Shown here: in pieces, positions 63,984 to 64,000 of the stretch
How the letters are laid out: every line of letters starts with the position of its first letter
Position numbering within the stretch: position 1 is the stretch's first letter
Assembly (NCBI GenBank): GCA_023515725.1
Contig: JALDTO010000154.1
Span: 316,407 to 380,406, forward strand
Direction: 5' to 3'
DNA from: Amoeboaphelidium protococcarum X5
Lineage: Eukaryota; Fungi; Aphelidiomycota
DNA length: 64,000 nucleotides
Translations under genes and position numbers: made by a program
Notes under the pieces: model-generated
The model's database searches: none
What the model saw: the letters and a program-made list of their open reading frames with translations, nothing else
What the model was told of the DNA's origin: nothing

Positions 63984-64000
63984 GGGGGGGGGGGGGGGGG

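Noticed and set aside
1-64000. Mass pseudogenisation or many tiny introns as the cause of fragmented ORFs
   Set aside because: Interruptions in housekeeping genes are only TAA/TAG, in frame, at Gln positions, with no frameshifts.
63984-64000. Poly-G run of 17 at the window end
   Set aside because: Truncated by the window edge and plausibly a sequencing or assembly artefact; cannot be interpreted.

Overview
Gene-dense, intron-poor eukaryotic nuclear DNA of fungus-related (Holomycota-like) type. It uses a reassigned genetic code: TAA and TAG encode Gln and only TGA terminates (translation table 6). The supplied ORF track is therefore fragmented. Re-read with UAR=Gln, the window resolves into about 30 genes: IDH2, PTRHD1, VMA7, HPS1-like, JJJ1, KAP95, IQSEC-like Arf-GEF, IQ-BAG, mitoribosomal proteins, RPL41, SEC8, TBCC, ETFDH, VMA8, TCD, LSG1, EME1, FAM177-like, BRO1/RIM20 family, two NMT paralogues, a PDK/BCKDK kinase, RAD50, BORCS5 and MTHFS, plus tRNA-Pro(TGG). 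The code and gene content fit an aphelid such as Amoeboaphelidium (inference). Accessory content: (1) an intact ~1,450-aa Dada-type DDE transposase with an inserted DEDDy 3'-5' exonuclease; (2) two degenerate Fanzor (TnpB-derived) nuclease genes, one with a candidate structured omegaRNA at its 3' end; (3) Ty1/copia fragments; (4) an intact gene for a signal-peptide-bearing AP2-domain protein, a candidate host-nucleus effector. All translations and coordinates were derived by hand, and family assignments rest on recognised motifs, not database searches.
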